Assembly (NCBI GenBank): GCA_965218585.1
Contig: CBDCLE010000009.1
Location: forward strand, 1 to 64,000
DNA: 64,000 nt
Source: Terriglobia bacterium
Lineage (GTDB): Bacteria; Acidobacteriota; Terriglobia; 20CM-2-55-15
Reading direction: 5' to 3'
The notes under the pieces are model-generated. The model ran no database searches, was not told the DNA's origin, and saw only the letters and a list, made by a program, of their open reading frames with translations. Both the position numbers and the translations under genes were made by a program. Of this stretch, positions 11,414-21,489 are shown in pieces; position 1 is the first letter of the stretch; every line of letters starts with the position of its first letter.

Positions 11414-12274
11414 ATGCGAGTTAAAGCGATCACGATCGCGGTTGTCTTGTCTGTCCTGGCTGTGAGTGCCGAAACCTTGCGGGGGCAGAGGGTCGCGGCA
11501 GAGATCGAGGTGATCCGGGATCTCTCTTATGCGACGGGCCCTTCGCATGAAAACGGCAGAGGATTGCTCGATGTTTACCTTCCCGGGGAAAGGGAAGGCG
11601 CGCCGGTGCTCATTTTCATGCACGGGGGTGGATTGAATAATGGGGACAAACGACGAGTTCAGCATATCGGTCGCCGGTTTGCCTCTGAAGGTTTCGTGAC
11701 GATTCTCAACAATTACCGCCTCACACCACCAAACGCGCATCCCGACCATATCGAAGATGCTGCTGCGGCGTTCGCATGGGTGTACCGAAACATCAGTGAG
11801 TACGGAGGCGATCCGAACCGTATTTTTGTTGCTGGAGGATCGGCGGGCGGCTATCTGTCAGCCCTACTGGCCTATGACGACAGATATCTTGCCAGACATG
11901 AACTATTGACCCGACAGATTCTTGCAGTGATACCGATAAGCGGCCTGGTCGATGTGAGGCAGACCGGTCGACGCCGCCAACGGGAAATGTGGCACGGAGA
12001 CCCGGACGTCATACTCGATGCGTCCCCAATCCAGCACGTTCGCAAGGACGGACCTCCGACGCTCATTCTGTTTGCTGATGGAGACACTCCTGTTCGGAGA
12101 CAGATGAACATAGATTTTGCCGTGGCTCTTCAAAGCGCGGGCCATCCTGATGCCAACTATGTGGAAATTTCCGATCGTACCCACAATACGATCGGCCGGT
12201 TCATGGAAGATCCGGACGATCCCACCGCGAACGCCATGCTCACCTTCATGCGGAAGTTTCTTGTCCGACAGTAG
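11414..12274 (+). CDS. Secreted alpha/beta hydrolase (HSL-like carboxylesterase)
   Basis: LDVYLP, HGGG, NYRL, GGSAGG nucleophile elbow; signal peptide. Confidence 0.88.
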   Translation: MRVKAITIAVVLSVLAVSAETLRGQRVAAEIEVIRDLSYATGPSHENGRGLLDVYLPGEREGAPVLIFMHGGGLNNGDKRRVQHIGRRFASEGFVTILNNYRLTPPNAHPDHIEDAAAAFAWVYRNISEYGGDPNRIFVAGGSAGGYLSALLAYDDRYLARHELLTRQILAVIPISGLVDVRQTGRRRQREMWHGDPDVILDASPIQHVRKDGPPTLILFADGDTPVRRQMNIDFAVALQSAGHPDANYVEISDRTHNTIGRFMEDPDDPTANAMLTFMRKFLVRQ

Positions 12275-12435
12275 GCGCAGGCATTCAGAGTCAATGGACT
12301 CTTTCTGTTTCGATCGAGAATTTGATTGAATGGCGTCTCGGGAATATCTGCTGGGAATTCTCGTCGTTTTCGGACTGGTCTTGGCGACTCCGCTACACGC
12401 TCAGCAGGGCCCTTGATGTGGCGACTATCTTCCTG

Positions 12436-13656
12436 TCAATCGAACGTCCACAAGGCCAGTGTCGACACGTCCTTGACGAACACACGTTTCCCGGAAATCA
12501 CCGGCTGCGCCCAGGTGGCTCGGTCGGCGACATCGTAGCGCTGCACCTCTTCGAAACCGGTCCTGTCGGCCTGCCCCACAATAAGTTCCCCGTCATCCTG
12601 CAGTACGAACAGGATGTCTCCCGCCTTGACGATAGCCGCGTTCGAGGCCTGGCGTCCCACGCTCGTCCACAATGTCTCGCCCGTCGCTACGTCCAGAAGA
12701 AAGTACTGTCCGCTATTGCGCGCGGAAAGCCCGAACAACGCTCCGTCGACCAGGACACCGTTGGTCATGTAGAGCGATGTCTCCCTGTTCTCCCAGACGT
12801 CTTCGGTTGTCCACCCGTCTTGCTCCCTCGCGACCCTGAACGAGGAAACCGGCTCCTGGAAACCGGAAACGATCACCGTGTCGTCAACAAGGATCGGGTC
12901 GATAACGTTCTGCGCGAAGGCGGTGCTGAAGGGGCGCTGCCAGAGGAGTTCGCCGGTTGATGCCGACACTCCGATCACGCTCTCCTGGCTCAACGTGATG
13001 ACTTGCCGTGTCCCGTCCAGGTCCGCCGCAAGAGGAGACGCGTACGAAGGCCCGTCGCCATCCCAGGCCCACGTCACCTCTCCTGTGCTTGTGTTGAACG
13101 CCGTTAGCGCTCCCTGGCTGTGGCCGCCGACGTGGACGATCACCAGTCCCCTATCGACGAGCGGCGAAACGGCTGTGCCATAGAGTGGCACCACTGAAGG
13201 CTCAGGTACCTGCCAGAGTTGCCTGCCGGTCGATGCTTCGAAGGCGGTCACAACTCCCCCGAGGCCCAGCGTGTAGAGACTGCCATCGGCGTAGGTGGGC
13301 GTTGCCTTCGGGCCGGGACCATGCGGCTCGGCAGCCGCCTCGAAGGAAAACGGCGCCGGATAACTGGTTTGCCAGATCTCTCTGCCCGTTTCGGCGTCGA
13401 GGGCCCTGATTACTTCGTCCCCACCCTGGAGGGTAAACGTGTAGACACTCGTGCCAACGAGCACGGGCGTGGCGTAGCCTTCTCCAACCTCCACACTCCA
13501 TCTGAGCGTCAGGCGTTCGGGCCACCGAGCCGGCTCGGTGAAGGAGGTCAGGGTGCCATCCCTCGTGGGACCGCGCCACTGTGGCCAGTCCGGACCCGTG
13601 CCCTGGGCAAGGGCTCCGGTGGCCATCACGGCTGCGAGAACAATTATCTTCACCAT
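12436..13656 (-). CDS. PQQ-like/BamB-like beta-propeller protein
   Basis: Signal peptide, WPQWRGPTRDG, repeated A-D--TG---W blades, SYASP. Confidence 0.85.
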   Translation of the reverse strand: MVKIIVLAAVMATGALAQGTGPDWPQWRGPTRDGTLTSFTEPARWPERLTLRWSVEVGEGYATPVLVGTSVYTFTLQGGDEVIRALDAETGREIWQTSYPAPFSFEAAAEPHGPGPKATPTYADGSLYTLGLGGVVTAFEASTGRQLWQVPEPSVVPLYGTAVSPLVDRGLVIVHVGGHSQGALTAFNTSTGEVTWAWDGDGPSYASPLAADLDGTRQVITLSQESVIGVSASTGELLWQRPFSTAFAQNVIDPILVDDTVIVSGFQEPVSSFRVAREQDGWTTEDVWENRETSLYMTNGVLVDGALFGLSARNSGQYFLLDVATGETLWTSVGRQASNAAIVKAGDILFVLQDDGELIVGQADRTGFEEVQRYDVADRATWAQPVISGKRVFVKDVSTLALWTFD

Positions 13657-14024
13657 GGCGGTCCCCAGGTTCACGTGCACCTCGTAGAGTACAGCGACAT
13701 GAACGATGCGTGGCCAAGGCCGCATGTGGTCGAGATGTTCCGGCAACGCACAGAAGTATCAGAACGCCTTGTCATCGACTCCAAATGGACCACATGAAGA
13801 CCGGGCAGTCAAACGGAAAGATTATGCGCAGCCTTCCGGGCCGGGAGCATCTCTGCGCCCCTCGGGTCGGCATCGCCCTCGGTCGCGAAAGAATGCTCTT
13901 GTTTTAACGATTTTTCTGCCCCACACAATATAATCTTCCGGTCTTCTTACTGAAATGTGCTCTTGTCCCTGTTTCTTCCGGGGGGAGATCGCGCGATTAA
14001 CAGTCTTGAAATGGAGGTAATCTA

Positions 14025-14582
14025 ATGAAACGTATCGTTCTGGCCATCGTCGGTCTCGCCGCGCTGGGCTTTTCCTCAAGCTTGTACGCACAATCGGACG
14101 CGGAAATTATCGAACGGGCGCTGTCTGCGGCACCGCGCCGAGCTCGCGAAGGGGCGGCTGTCATCAAATGGAATGCAAACTTCACCTACGAAACGATTAA
14201 GGAAGGCACCAACTCGATGGTCTGCTATGACCGGTCCGGGGAGCCTGGACGGCAGCCGTTCGCGGTGCACTGCACCAACGACGGCAACCTGCCCAGGCTC
14301 GCACAGTCCCGGGAGATTGATGCAGGAGCCTCTAGCCCCGAGGAGGTGCGCGCGGCGCATCGCGCTGTCGAGGAGTCCGGAGACCGCATTGCGCCCGTGT
14401 TCGGCTCGGTCTGGATTCAAAGGAACGGCGCTGACGCAGCGAGTGCCGGAAGTCACACGACCGTCGCGGTACCTGGAGCAACTAGCGAATCCCTGGGTCT
14501 GCCCGAGAGTGGGGCCGAGGGTGGTGCCTGGATCATGAATGCGGGTTCGAGTTACGCCCATATCATGACGCCTGGGACCTAG
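14025..14582 (+). CDS. Secreted hypothetical protein
   Basis: GGAGG RBS, signal peptide LYA|Q, two Cys, C-terminal WIMNAG--YAHIM. Confidence 0.75.
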   Translation: MKRIVLAIVGLAALGFSSSLYAQSDAEIIERALSAAPRRAREGAAVIKWNANFTYETIKEGTNSMVCYDRSGEPGRQPFAVHCTNDGNLPRLAQSREIDAGASSPEEVRAAHRAVEESGDRIAPVFGSVWIQRNGADAASAGSHTTVAVPGATSESLGLPESGAEGGAWIMNAGSSYAHIMTPGT

Positions 14583-14587
14583 AGCCA

Positions 14588-14616
14588 GGTCGCGGGTTCG
14601 AATCCTGTTTCACGCT
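14588..14616 (+). other. Degenerate 3' fragment of a tRNA (Gly-GCC-like), possible att-site remnant
   Basis: GGTCGCGGGTTCGAATCCTGTTTCACGCT resembles the T-arm and 3' acceptor strand of tRNA-Gly; no 5' half present. Confidence 0.5.
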
Positions 14617-14633
14617 GTTCGACCTGAAGGTAT

Positions 14634-14665
14634 GAAAAGGCCCGGGTTGTATCCTGGGCCTTTTC
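14634..14665 (+). terminator. Rho-independent terminator (bidirectional form)
   Basis: GAAAAGGCCCGGG-TTGTAT-CCTGGGCCTTTTC. Confidence 0.7.
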
Positions 14666-14760
14666 TTCTGCGTATTCTCTTTGGTGAGCAAGACTACATA
14701 GGCGGCCGGGCCAGAAATGTCACAATGTTATGTTTGTTTAGGTATTCGAGGAGGTCACCG

Positions 14761-15774
14761 ATGATGTTTTCGCGTTTTACTCTGGCCATTGCTATGACGC
14801 TTCTGCTTCTGCCGATGGTTGCCGGAGCCCAGACTTTCGATCCGGGCGTAAAGGTCGGTGAAACAACACCGAGATTCCGACTTCCGGACCAGGACGGAGT
14901 CCTGCAGGATTTCGATTCGCTGAAAGGCGAAAACGGTCTGGCGATTCTGTTCTTCAGGTCTGCGGACTGGTGCCCGTTCTGTAAGACGGCCCTGGCGCAG
15001 TTGGAGGACGAGCGCGCGGGATACGAGCAGCGTGGATTGAAGGTCGTGGGTATCAGTTATGACAGTACCGATATTACGAAGGCTTTCGAGCAGCGTGTCG
15101 GTATCGGATACCCGATGTTGTCGGACGAGGGTTCGAGAACCATTCGGGATTACGGCATCCTTAATGCCGACGTTCCTTCCGGGAATCCGCAATACGGAAT
15201 TCCCCATCCCGGGATGTTCATCCTGGATGCGGATGGCAGGATTGTTTCCAAGTACTTCGAGCAGAGTTTTCGGGAACGGTTCACCCCTGCGACGGTTCTG
15301 ACTCGGGAGTTTGGCGATGCGGGGGGAACAGAGACCGAAATCTGGACCGAACACTTCACGGCAACCACGCGTTTGAGCCAGGACTCGGCGGCGATGGGGA
15401 ACCGCGTATCGATGCTCGTATCGATCGAATTGCCGGACCGGATGCATCTGTATGCACCCGGAGTTGAAGGGTACTTGCCCATCGCTCTCCAAATTGATGA
15501 CAATCCGGCGGTGACGCTTCGCCCCACGGATTTTCCAGAGTCGGAAATTCTTTACCTCGAAGCGATCGACGAGAGAGTGCCCGTGTATCACAACACGATC
15601 AGTCTGACGCGTGACTTTATCCTTGGGCAGACACAAGCCTCACAGATTGAGCTGACGGGATCGTTGGCATACCAGGCATGTAACGATGAGATCTGCTTCT
15701 TGCCGACTGAAATCCCCGTTAGCTTTACTTTGAACGTGGGTGGCCTGGACATGATTCGGACAACGGGGAACTAG
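14761..15774 (+). CDS. Secreted AhpC/TSA (peroxiredoxin-like) domain fused to a DsbD N-terminal domain
   Basis: FRLPDQDG, RSADWCPFC, PMLSD; C-terminal HLYAP...YQACNDEIC-P; GAGGAGG RBS. Confidence 0.82.
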   Translation: MMFSRFTLAIAMTLLLLPMVAGAQTFDPGVKVGETTPRFRLPDQDGVLQDFDSLKGENGLAILFFRSADWCPFCKTALAQLEDERAGYEQRGLKVVGISYDSTDITKAFEQRVGIGYPMLSDEGSRTIRDYGILNADVPSGNPQYGIPHPGMFILDADGRIVSKYFEQSFRERFTPATVLTREFGDAGGTETEIWTEHFTATTRLSQDSAAMGNRVSMLVSIELPDRMHLYAPGVEGYLPIALQIDDNPAVTLRPTDFPESEILYLEAIDERVPVYHNTISLTRDFILGQTQASQIELTGSLAYQACNDEICFLPTEIPVSFTLNVGGLDMIRTTGN

Positions 15775-15807
15775 CCGGTCATATTCAGGATTCAAGTAAA
15801 GTAGAAG

Positions 15808-15838
15808 AAAGCCCGGGGCGCGTTAGTCCCGGGTTTTT
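15808..15838 (+). terminator. Rho-independent terminator
   Basis: AAAGCCCGGGGC...GTCCCGGGTTTTT. Confidence 0.65.
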
Positions 15839-15862
15839 CGTTTGCATCGACAAAGCACACGC

Positions 15863-15914
15863 TTGACTTGATCTGTGGGGATGGCTACCGTACTTCAGGA
15901 TTACGAACGTTCGT
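15863..15914 (+). promoter_or_regulatory. Putative sigma70 promoter plus palindromic operator upstream of module 1
   Basis: TTGACT-17bp-TACCGT followed by the perfect palindrome ACGAACGTTCGT (15903-15914). Confidence 0.45.
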
Positions 15915-15977
15915 TTCAGAACAACTCTCAAATCGAGTCTGGCCGAGGTTCTGAGGGCAGAGGTTCGAGGAGCAACG

Positions 15978-16949
15978 ATGATGCGAAAAGTAAAGATGAT
16001 CGGATTGGCTGGCTTGTCGCTTCTGATGATGATGACGATCGCGGGATTTGGGGTCCCGGCGTCCGCTCAGGAAGTGGATTTTTCAGGAGAATGGCTGGAC
16101 GACTCTTACGAGGGAGATGATCGCGGAGGGCCCTCAACCGCGCTTCGATTCACCAGCCTCGGAAGGCCGAGAGAGGGCATTGGGGTCGATCCGATATCTG
16201 ATGCGATGCTGGGAAACTATCTGGGGATTCCCTACAACGATGCCGGGCGGCAGAAGGGCGCGACCGAGGACCTGGGTATCTATTCCCATCCCGCCGTAAT
16301 GATGCGCCCTCACCCGATTCAGTACTCCATGCGCGGCGTTATCGGCCAGTGGCGGATGTTGAAGGTCACAGATCCGCAGACCGGACTGCTTGTGGCGTAC
16401 AGAGTCACCGGGGGGTACAACCTGGACCGGATGATCTGGATGGACGGGAGGGAACATCCCCCAGATTACGCAGAACACACCTACCAGGGCTTCTCGACGG
16501 GCCGACTCGAGCGTGGGATGCTGGTCGTTACCACCACTCACATAAAGCTCGGATATCACAAGCGGAACGGCGCTCCAGCTAGTGACAAGTCAGTGCTGAC
16601 GGAATATTTTATCCGCCACGGCAACACTCTGACCCACGTTCAGTTCACGGACGATCCGGTGTACCTGGAAGAGCCCTATATCCGCACCACGGATCACGTT
16701 TTGGTGTCCAACCGCTTTGCCCGGACTGCACGTGCCTTCTGGGACAATTCCGAGGAAGTCGTGTGGGATGAGGGGTACCTGCCTCATTTCCCGCTCGGAA
16801 CCCAGCACACCGAAATGGCGGACCGCATCGGCATTCCTTTCGAAACGACACAAGGCGGTGCCGAAACGCTGTATCCCGAATACCGGACAAAGCTCCGTCA
16901 GTTGATCCGCCAGCCCAACGGGGATGACACTCAGGCTTCGGAAAGGTGA
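15978..16949 (+). CDS. Secreted hypothetical protein, family A copy 1
   Basis: Signal peptide ASA|Q; DFSGEW, GNYLGIPYNDAG, RPHP, IWMDGR-HPP, GFSTG, VVTTTH, RNG, DPVYLEEP, LYPEYR shared with 7 paralogues. Confidence 0.9.
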   Translation: MMRKVKMIGLAGLSLLMMMTIAGFGVPASAQEVDFSGEWLDDSYEGDDRGGPSTALRFTSLGRPREGIGVDPISDAMLGNYLGIPYNDAGRQKGATEDLGIYSHPAVMMRPHPIQYSMRGVIGQWRMLKVTDPQTGLLVAYRVTGGYNLDRMIWMDGREHPPDYAEHTYQGFSTGRLERGMLVVTTTHIKLGYHKRNGAPASDKSVLTEYFIRHGNTLTHVQFTDDPVYLEEPYIRTTDHVLVSNRFARTARAFWDNSEEVVWDEGYLPHFPLGTQHTEMADRIGIPFETTQGGAETLYPEYRTKLRQLIRQPNGDDTQASER

Positions 16950-16952
16950 GGC

Positions 16953-18002
16953 GTGTTTATGGGTTCAACAACGGGTAGACGTTCTTTTGATTGCTGGAAA
17001 CCTGGACATTTCCTTCTGAGGTTTGTTGTTCTGACCGGCCTCGTGGTCGCGTTGGCGTCACCTGCCCCCGCCGGGCAGGACCATCCCAGCCTGGATTACG
17101 ATGCCGACACACCGATTGACGTGATGCACGTGAAGGGCCAAGTGTACATGATCGTAGTGGGCGGTGCCCACGGTGTGAACATCGCGGCACAGGTCGGAGA
17201 TCAAGGCATTTTTCTGGTGGACTCGGGGCCTCCCGCTCTCAGTGACAAACTGCTCGAGACGCTTCGGGAAGAGTTTGACGACAAACCGGTGCGTTTCCTG
17301 TTCAACACCCACTCCCATGGAGACCACACGGGAGGCAACCTGCGTCTCGCCGAAACTTTCGGCACGGAAGGCAACAATCCGAATGCATTCGGTGGCGTGA
17401 AGATCGCTTCGCGCCTGAATACCCTCAACCGTTTGGCTGGCTACACGCGGGACGAGAGTGATGTGATTCCCGAGTTGGGGCTTCCCTACGGGGCGTTTTT
17501 CGGCGAGAGGATGGACTTCTATCTCAATGATAGGCCGGTCATGGTGCTGGCCGCGCCTTCTGCGCACACCGACGGCGATGCGATCGTGTGGTTTCCGGGC
17601 TCCGATGTGGTTGCGACCGGCGACACGTTCGTCCTGGATCAGTATCCCATCATTGATTCCGAAAGGGGCGGAAGCATTCAAGGGTTCCTAGATGTGGCAA
17701 AACGAATCGTCGACGACATCACGGTCGCAGACGTTTTCGCAAGTGGCGGGACCCGCGTCATCCCGGGTCACGGCCGGCTGGCCAACGAAGCCGAAGTCAT
17801 GGACTACCTTCTGATGCTGACCGTGATCTGGGAACGCGTCGAATCGATGGTGGATGAGGGGATGACGCTGGAGGAGGTGAGGGCTGCCCGTCCGACGCTT
17901 GAGTACGATGGCATGGCCGGTGGAGATAAGGAATACTGGACCGCTGAGATGTTTCTGGAAGCTGTCTATCAGGAAGCCGTTGCCAACCGAGCTGCGCGTT
18001 AA
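16953..18002 (+). CDS. Secreted MBL-fold metallo-hydrolase, copy 1
   Basis: LVDSG, THSHGDHTGGN, AHTDGD, TGD, IPGHG. Confidence 0.9.
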   Translation: MFMGSTTGRRSFDCWKPGHFLLRFVVLTGLVVALASPAPAGQDHPSLDYDADTPIDVMHVKGQVYMIVVGGAHGVNIAAQVGDQGIFLVDSGPPALSDKLLETLREEFDDKPVRFLFNTHSHGDHTGGNLRLAETFGTEGNNPNAFGGVKIASRLNTLNRLAGYTRDESDVIPELGLPYGAFFGERMDFYLNDRPVMVLAAPSAHTDGDAIVWFPGSDVVATGDTFVLDQYPIIDSERGGSIQGFLDVAKRIVDDITVADVFASGGTRVIPGHGRLANEAEVMDYLLMLTVIWERVESMVDEGMTLEEVRAARPTLEYDGMAGGDKEYWTAEMFLEAVYQEAVANRAAR

Positions 18003-18035
18003 GAGTGAATGTCGATTGATTGAGGAGGCGTAGGA

Positions 18036-18935
18036 ATGAATCCTGGAACGTTGTCCACCGACATTGTCGGTTCGCGATCCTATGCCGTCGTGCTGGGACT
18101 TCTGATCGCTGTAGTTTTTTCGGCGGTGACGGCCCTCGCACAACGCGGCGTGACGGGCCCTGTGTCTGCGACCCCCAGGGCGATCGCGCCGATTGACGTT
18201 ACGGGAAACTGGGTGGCTGTGATCACCGAGGATTGGCGGGTGCGTATGATCACGCCGCCGCGAGGGGATTTTCTGAGTATTCCGCTCAACGATGCAGGTA
18301 TTGAGACGGCGCTGGCCTGGGACCCGGAAGCGGATACCGCAAACGGCCTGGAATGCAAAGCGTTTGGTGCGGCTGCCATCATGCGCATGCCCACTCGGAT
18401 CCGGATTGATTGGACAGACGACGACACGCTGCGGTTCGATTTTGATTACGGACAACAGTCACGGCTGGCGCATTTTGACCCGACTACTCCGACGGGAGAA
18501 CGGTCGTGGCAGGGACAGGCCCTCGCCGAGTGGATCGATGTAGAGACCGCGCGCAATGCCGCTCCGGAGGTTCGGATCGGCGAGTTGGTTGACCCGGATG
18601 AAGATGGAAGCGCTGGACTGGGCACCCCTCGAGTGCGGTCCCCGCAACGCGGAGGCCTGCGGCTCGTCACCACGAACCTGCTACCTCAGTACCAGAGACA
18701 GAACGGTATCCCCGTCAGCGAGAACGCCGTTGTCACCAATACGATGGATATCGTTGCCGGTCCGGGCGGGGAGGATTGGCTGATCGTTACAACCCAGATC
18801 GAGGATCCCCAGTACATGACGGCCGTCCGAAAGACAAGCGTGCAGTTTAAGCGAGAGCCCGACGATTCCAACTGGAATCCGGTGCCCTGTGCGGTGGAGC
18901 TACCCCCGGTTCCCCGCATTCCCGTACAGCGATAG
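18036..18935 (+). CDS. Secreted hypothetical protein, family C copy 1
   Basis: PIDVTGNWVAVITEDWRVRM, PLNDAG, ECKAFGA, WQG, RQNG, EDPQY, W-P-PC. Confidence 0.88.
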   Translation: MNPGTLSTDIVGSRSYAVVLGLLIAVVFSAVTALAQRGVTGPVSATPRAIAPIDVTGNWVAVITEDWRVRMITPPRGDFLSIPLNDAGIETALAWDPEADTANGLECKAFGAAAIMRMPTRIRIDWTDDDTLRFDFDYGQQSRLAHFDPTTPTGERSWQGQALAEWIDVETARNAAPEVRIGELVDPDEDGSAGLGTPRVRSPQRGGLRLVTTNLLPQYQRQNGIPVSENAVVTNTMDIVAGPGGEDWLIVTTQIEDPQYMTAVRKTSVQFKREPDDSNWNPVPCAVELPPVPRIPVQR

Positions 18936-19062
18936 GTCGGTTGAGCACGGATCCGAAATTCGTTCGCCATACAATACGGGATACGCCCACGAGGGACTTG
19001 GGGCCCTCGGCTGAACGGTGTATTCTTTAAGGGATACTGCTAACCGGTAGGGAGTACAGACG

Positions 19063-20022
19063 ATGCGTATGAAGGAAACGATTCGGCGGATAGGTGTTCT
19101 GTCACTTCTGATAGTCCTGGCGCCTGCAGGATTTATGATGCCAGCCGTCGCGCAGCAAACCGACTTCTCAGGAGAGTGGTTGGACAACTCCTATGAGGAG
19201 GATGATCGGGGAGGGCCGCGAACGGCGTATACGACGACCACACTTGGGAGACCGCGGGAAGGCATCAACCTCGAACCGGTATCGGACGGGATGTTGGGCA
19301 ACTATCTGGGGATCCCATTCAACGACGCCGGCCGTCTGAAGGCCGCCACCGAGGACCTTTCCGTCCATTCTCATCCGGCAATCCAGATGCGCCCCCACCC
19401 GGCCCAGTACTACATGCGGGGCGTCATCGGGCAGTGGAGAATGGAGAAGGACGTCGATCCGCTGACCGGACTTCTCACTGCGTACCGAGTCGTGGGAGGT
19501 TTTGGCCTGGGTCGGACGATCTGGATGGACGGACGTCCCCATCCTCCCGACTACGCCGAACACACCTATCGCGGTTTCTCAACGGGCCGATTCGAGCGCG
19601 GCATGCTGGTCGTCACGACGACGCACATGAAGCTTGGATATCACAAGCGTAACGCGGCCCCTGCCAGCGATCAGGCCACGATGACCGAATATTTTATCCG
19701 CCACGACGACCGGCTGACCCACGTCCAGTTCACCGAGGACCCGGCGTACCTGGAAGAACCGTTGGTTCGAACTCTGGATCACGTCCTGGTACCCACTCGG
19801 TTCGCGACGAACCGTCGCACCTTCGCGGCTGCCGAAGAGGAGATCGTGTGGGATGACGGTTACCTCCCACATTACCCACTGGGAACACGGCACACCGAGT
19901 TTGCGGATCGGATTGGAATTCCGTTCGAGACGACCCAGGGCGGTAGCGAAACCATGTATCCGGAATACCGACGGAAGCTCAAAGAGATGATGACGAGTGA
20001 ATCAGACGGGACGGGCAATTAG
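19063..20022 (+). CDS. Secreted hypothetical protein, family A copy 2
   Basis: Same family A motifs; signal peptide AVA|Q. Confidence 0.9.
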   Translation: MRMKETIRRIGVLSLLIVLAPAGFMMPAVAQQTDFSGEWLDNSYEEDDRGGPRTAYTTTTLGRPREGINLEPVSDGMLGNYLGIPFNDAGRLKAATEDLSVHSHPAIQMRPHPAQYYMRGVIGQWRMEKDVDPLTGLLTAYRVVGGFGLGRTIWMDGRPHPPDYAEHTYRGFSTGRFERGMLVVTTTHMKLGYHKRNAAPASDQATMTEYFIRHDDRLTHVQFTEDPAYLEEPLVRTLDHVLVPTRFATNRRTFAAAEEEIVWDDGYLPHYPLGTRHTEFADRIGIPFETTQGGSETMYPEYRRKLKEMMTSESDGTGN

Positions 20023-20024
20023 AG

Positions 20025-21026
20025 GTGACTGGCTTTCTGTTGAATCGAGTCGTTCGGCGTTCACTCCTGGTGTCGATTCTCTTCTTCGGACTGGCCATCG
20101 GGGCCCAAGCGCGCCAGGACCATCCCAGCCAGAACTATGACGCGGACACCCCGATCGATGTGCTGCACGTGAGAGGGCAAGTGTACATGGTGGTCATCGG
20201 TGGTGCGGACGGAGTCAACGTCGTAGCGCAGGTGGGCGACGATGGCATATTCCTTGTGGACTCCGGGCCGGCCGCTCTCGCCGACAAGCTGATCGAAACG
20301 CTTCGGGAAGAGTTTGATAATAAACCGGTGCGGTTTCTCTTCAACACTCATTCCCACGCCGATCACGCAGGCGGTAATCAGGCGCTGGCCCAAACGTTTG
20401 CCGACAATGTATTTGGCGGTGTCAGGATAGCCGCGCATGTGAACACGCTCAATCGGCTGAATGGTTACACGCGGGACGAGCGGGATGTGATTCCCCCCGA
20501 AGGCCGTCCGTTTGGATCGTTCTATCTCGAACGGCTGGATTTTCACCTCAATGGTGAGCCCATTGTGGCGTTGTCCACACCCTCGGCGCACACCGATGGC
20601 GATGCGATCGTCTGGTTTCGGGGATCCGACGTCGTTGCCACCGGTGATGCGTTCGTGATGGGTCAGTTCCCGATCCCTGATTCCGAGCGCGGTGGGAGCC
20701 TTCAGGGTTTGACCGATGCGGCCAGGTTTCTGGTAGACGACATCGCAGTCTCAGAGGTGTGGGCCAGCGCGGGGACCCGTCTGATTCCGGGTCACGGGCG
20801 TTTTGTCAACGAGGCAGAGGTGATGGATAGCCTCCTGATGTTGACGATAGTTCAAAGTCGCATCCAGGAGATGGTCGACGAGGGAATGGACCTCGATGAG
20901 GTCAAGGTGGCTCGACCGACACTGGATTATGATGTGACCATGCACGGTGACAAGGAGTTCTGGACGACCGACATGTTTGTGGAAGCCGTCTACCGGGACA
21001 TCACTGGAAGCCCAGATGCGCCATAG
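20025..21026 (+). CDS. Secreted MBL-fold metallo-hydrolase, copy 2
   Basis: THSHADHAGGN, AHTDGD, TGD, IPGHG. Confidence 0.9.
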   Translation: MTGFLLNRVVRRSLLVSILFFGLAIGAQARQDHPSQNYDADTPIDVLHVRGQVYMVVIGGADGVNVVAQVGDDGIFLVDSGPAALADKLIETLREEFDNKPVRFLFNTHSHADHAGGNQALAQTFADNVFGGVRIAAHVNTLNRLNGYTRDERDVIPPEGRPFGSFYLERLDFHLNGEPIVALSTPSAHTDGDAIVWFRGSDVVATGDAFVMGQFPIPDSERGGSLQGLTDAARFLVDDIAVSEVWASAGTRLIPGHGRFVNEAEVMDSLLMLTIVQSRIQEMVDEGMDLDEVKVARPTLDYDVTMHGDKEFWTTDMFVEAVYRDITGSPDAP

Positions 21027-21062
21027 AGCTGTTTGTACAGAAATTTTTGGGAGGGAAGCAAG

Positions 21063-21470
21063 ATGAACCGCATTAGTGTTTTTTTGATCGCTGCAGTGAT
21101 GTTGGTCGGAGGAGTGAGTGCGTATTCCCACCATTCGGCTGTTGCGATCTACGACGTGGCCGATGAGGCCGAAATCCAGGGCGAGCTCGTCCAGATCTCG
21201 CTTCGAAACCCGCATTCCTATGTTTATGTGAATGCGCCGGACGCGGATGGCGAGATTCGGCGTTGGGGAATCGAGTGGGGCGGTGCGCGTCAGCTGACCG
21301 AGCAAGGAGCAGCAGCTGCGTTCAAGGTCGGAGACGAAGTCGTCGTTATAGGGAACCCCGGCCGGAACGCGCGTGATCGAAGGTTACTGATGGTTTCCAT
21401 CGTTCGTCCATCGGATGGATACAGTTGGGGTCTGGCCTCAGACGAAGTCATTCCAGGCGTCGGCCGATAG
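21063..21470 (+). CDS. DUF6152-like secreted protein (family D), copy 1
   Basis: Signal peptide AYS|HHS, YD, RNPHS, WGIEWG, GDEVVVIGNPGR. Confidence 0.8.
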   Translation: MNRISVFLIAAVMLVGGVSAYSHHSAVAIYDVADEAEIQGELVQISLRNPHSYVYVNAPDADGEIRRWGIEWGGARQLTEQGAAAAFKVGDEVVVIGNPGRNARDRRLLMVSIVRPSDGYSWGLASDEVIPGVGR

Positions 21471-21489
21471 AAGAGGCGTAGAAGAGGTA

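Noticed and set aside
14960-14985. Selenocysteine in the peroxiredoxin-like CxxC or at the internal TGAs
   Set aside because: The motif is encoded TGC-CCG-TTC-TGT, and the internal TGAs do not fall at Cys-type positions.
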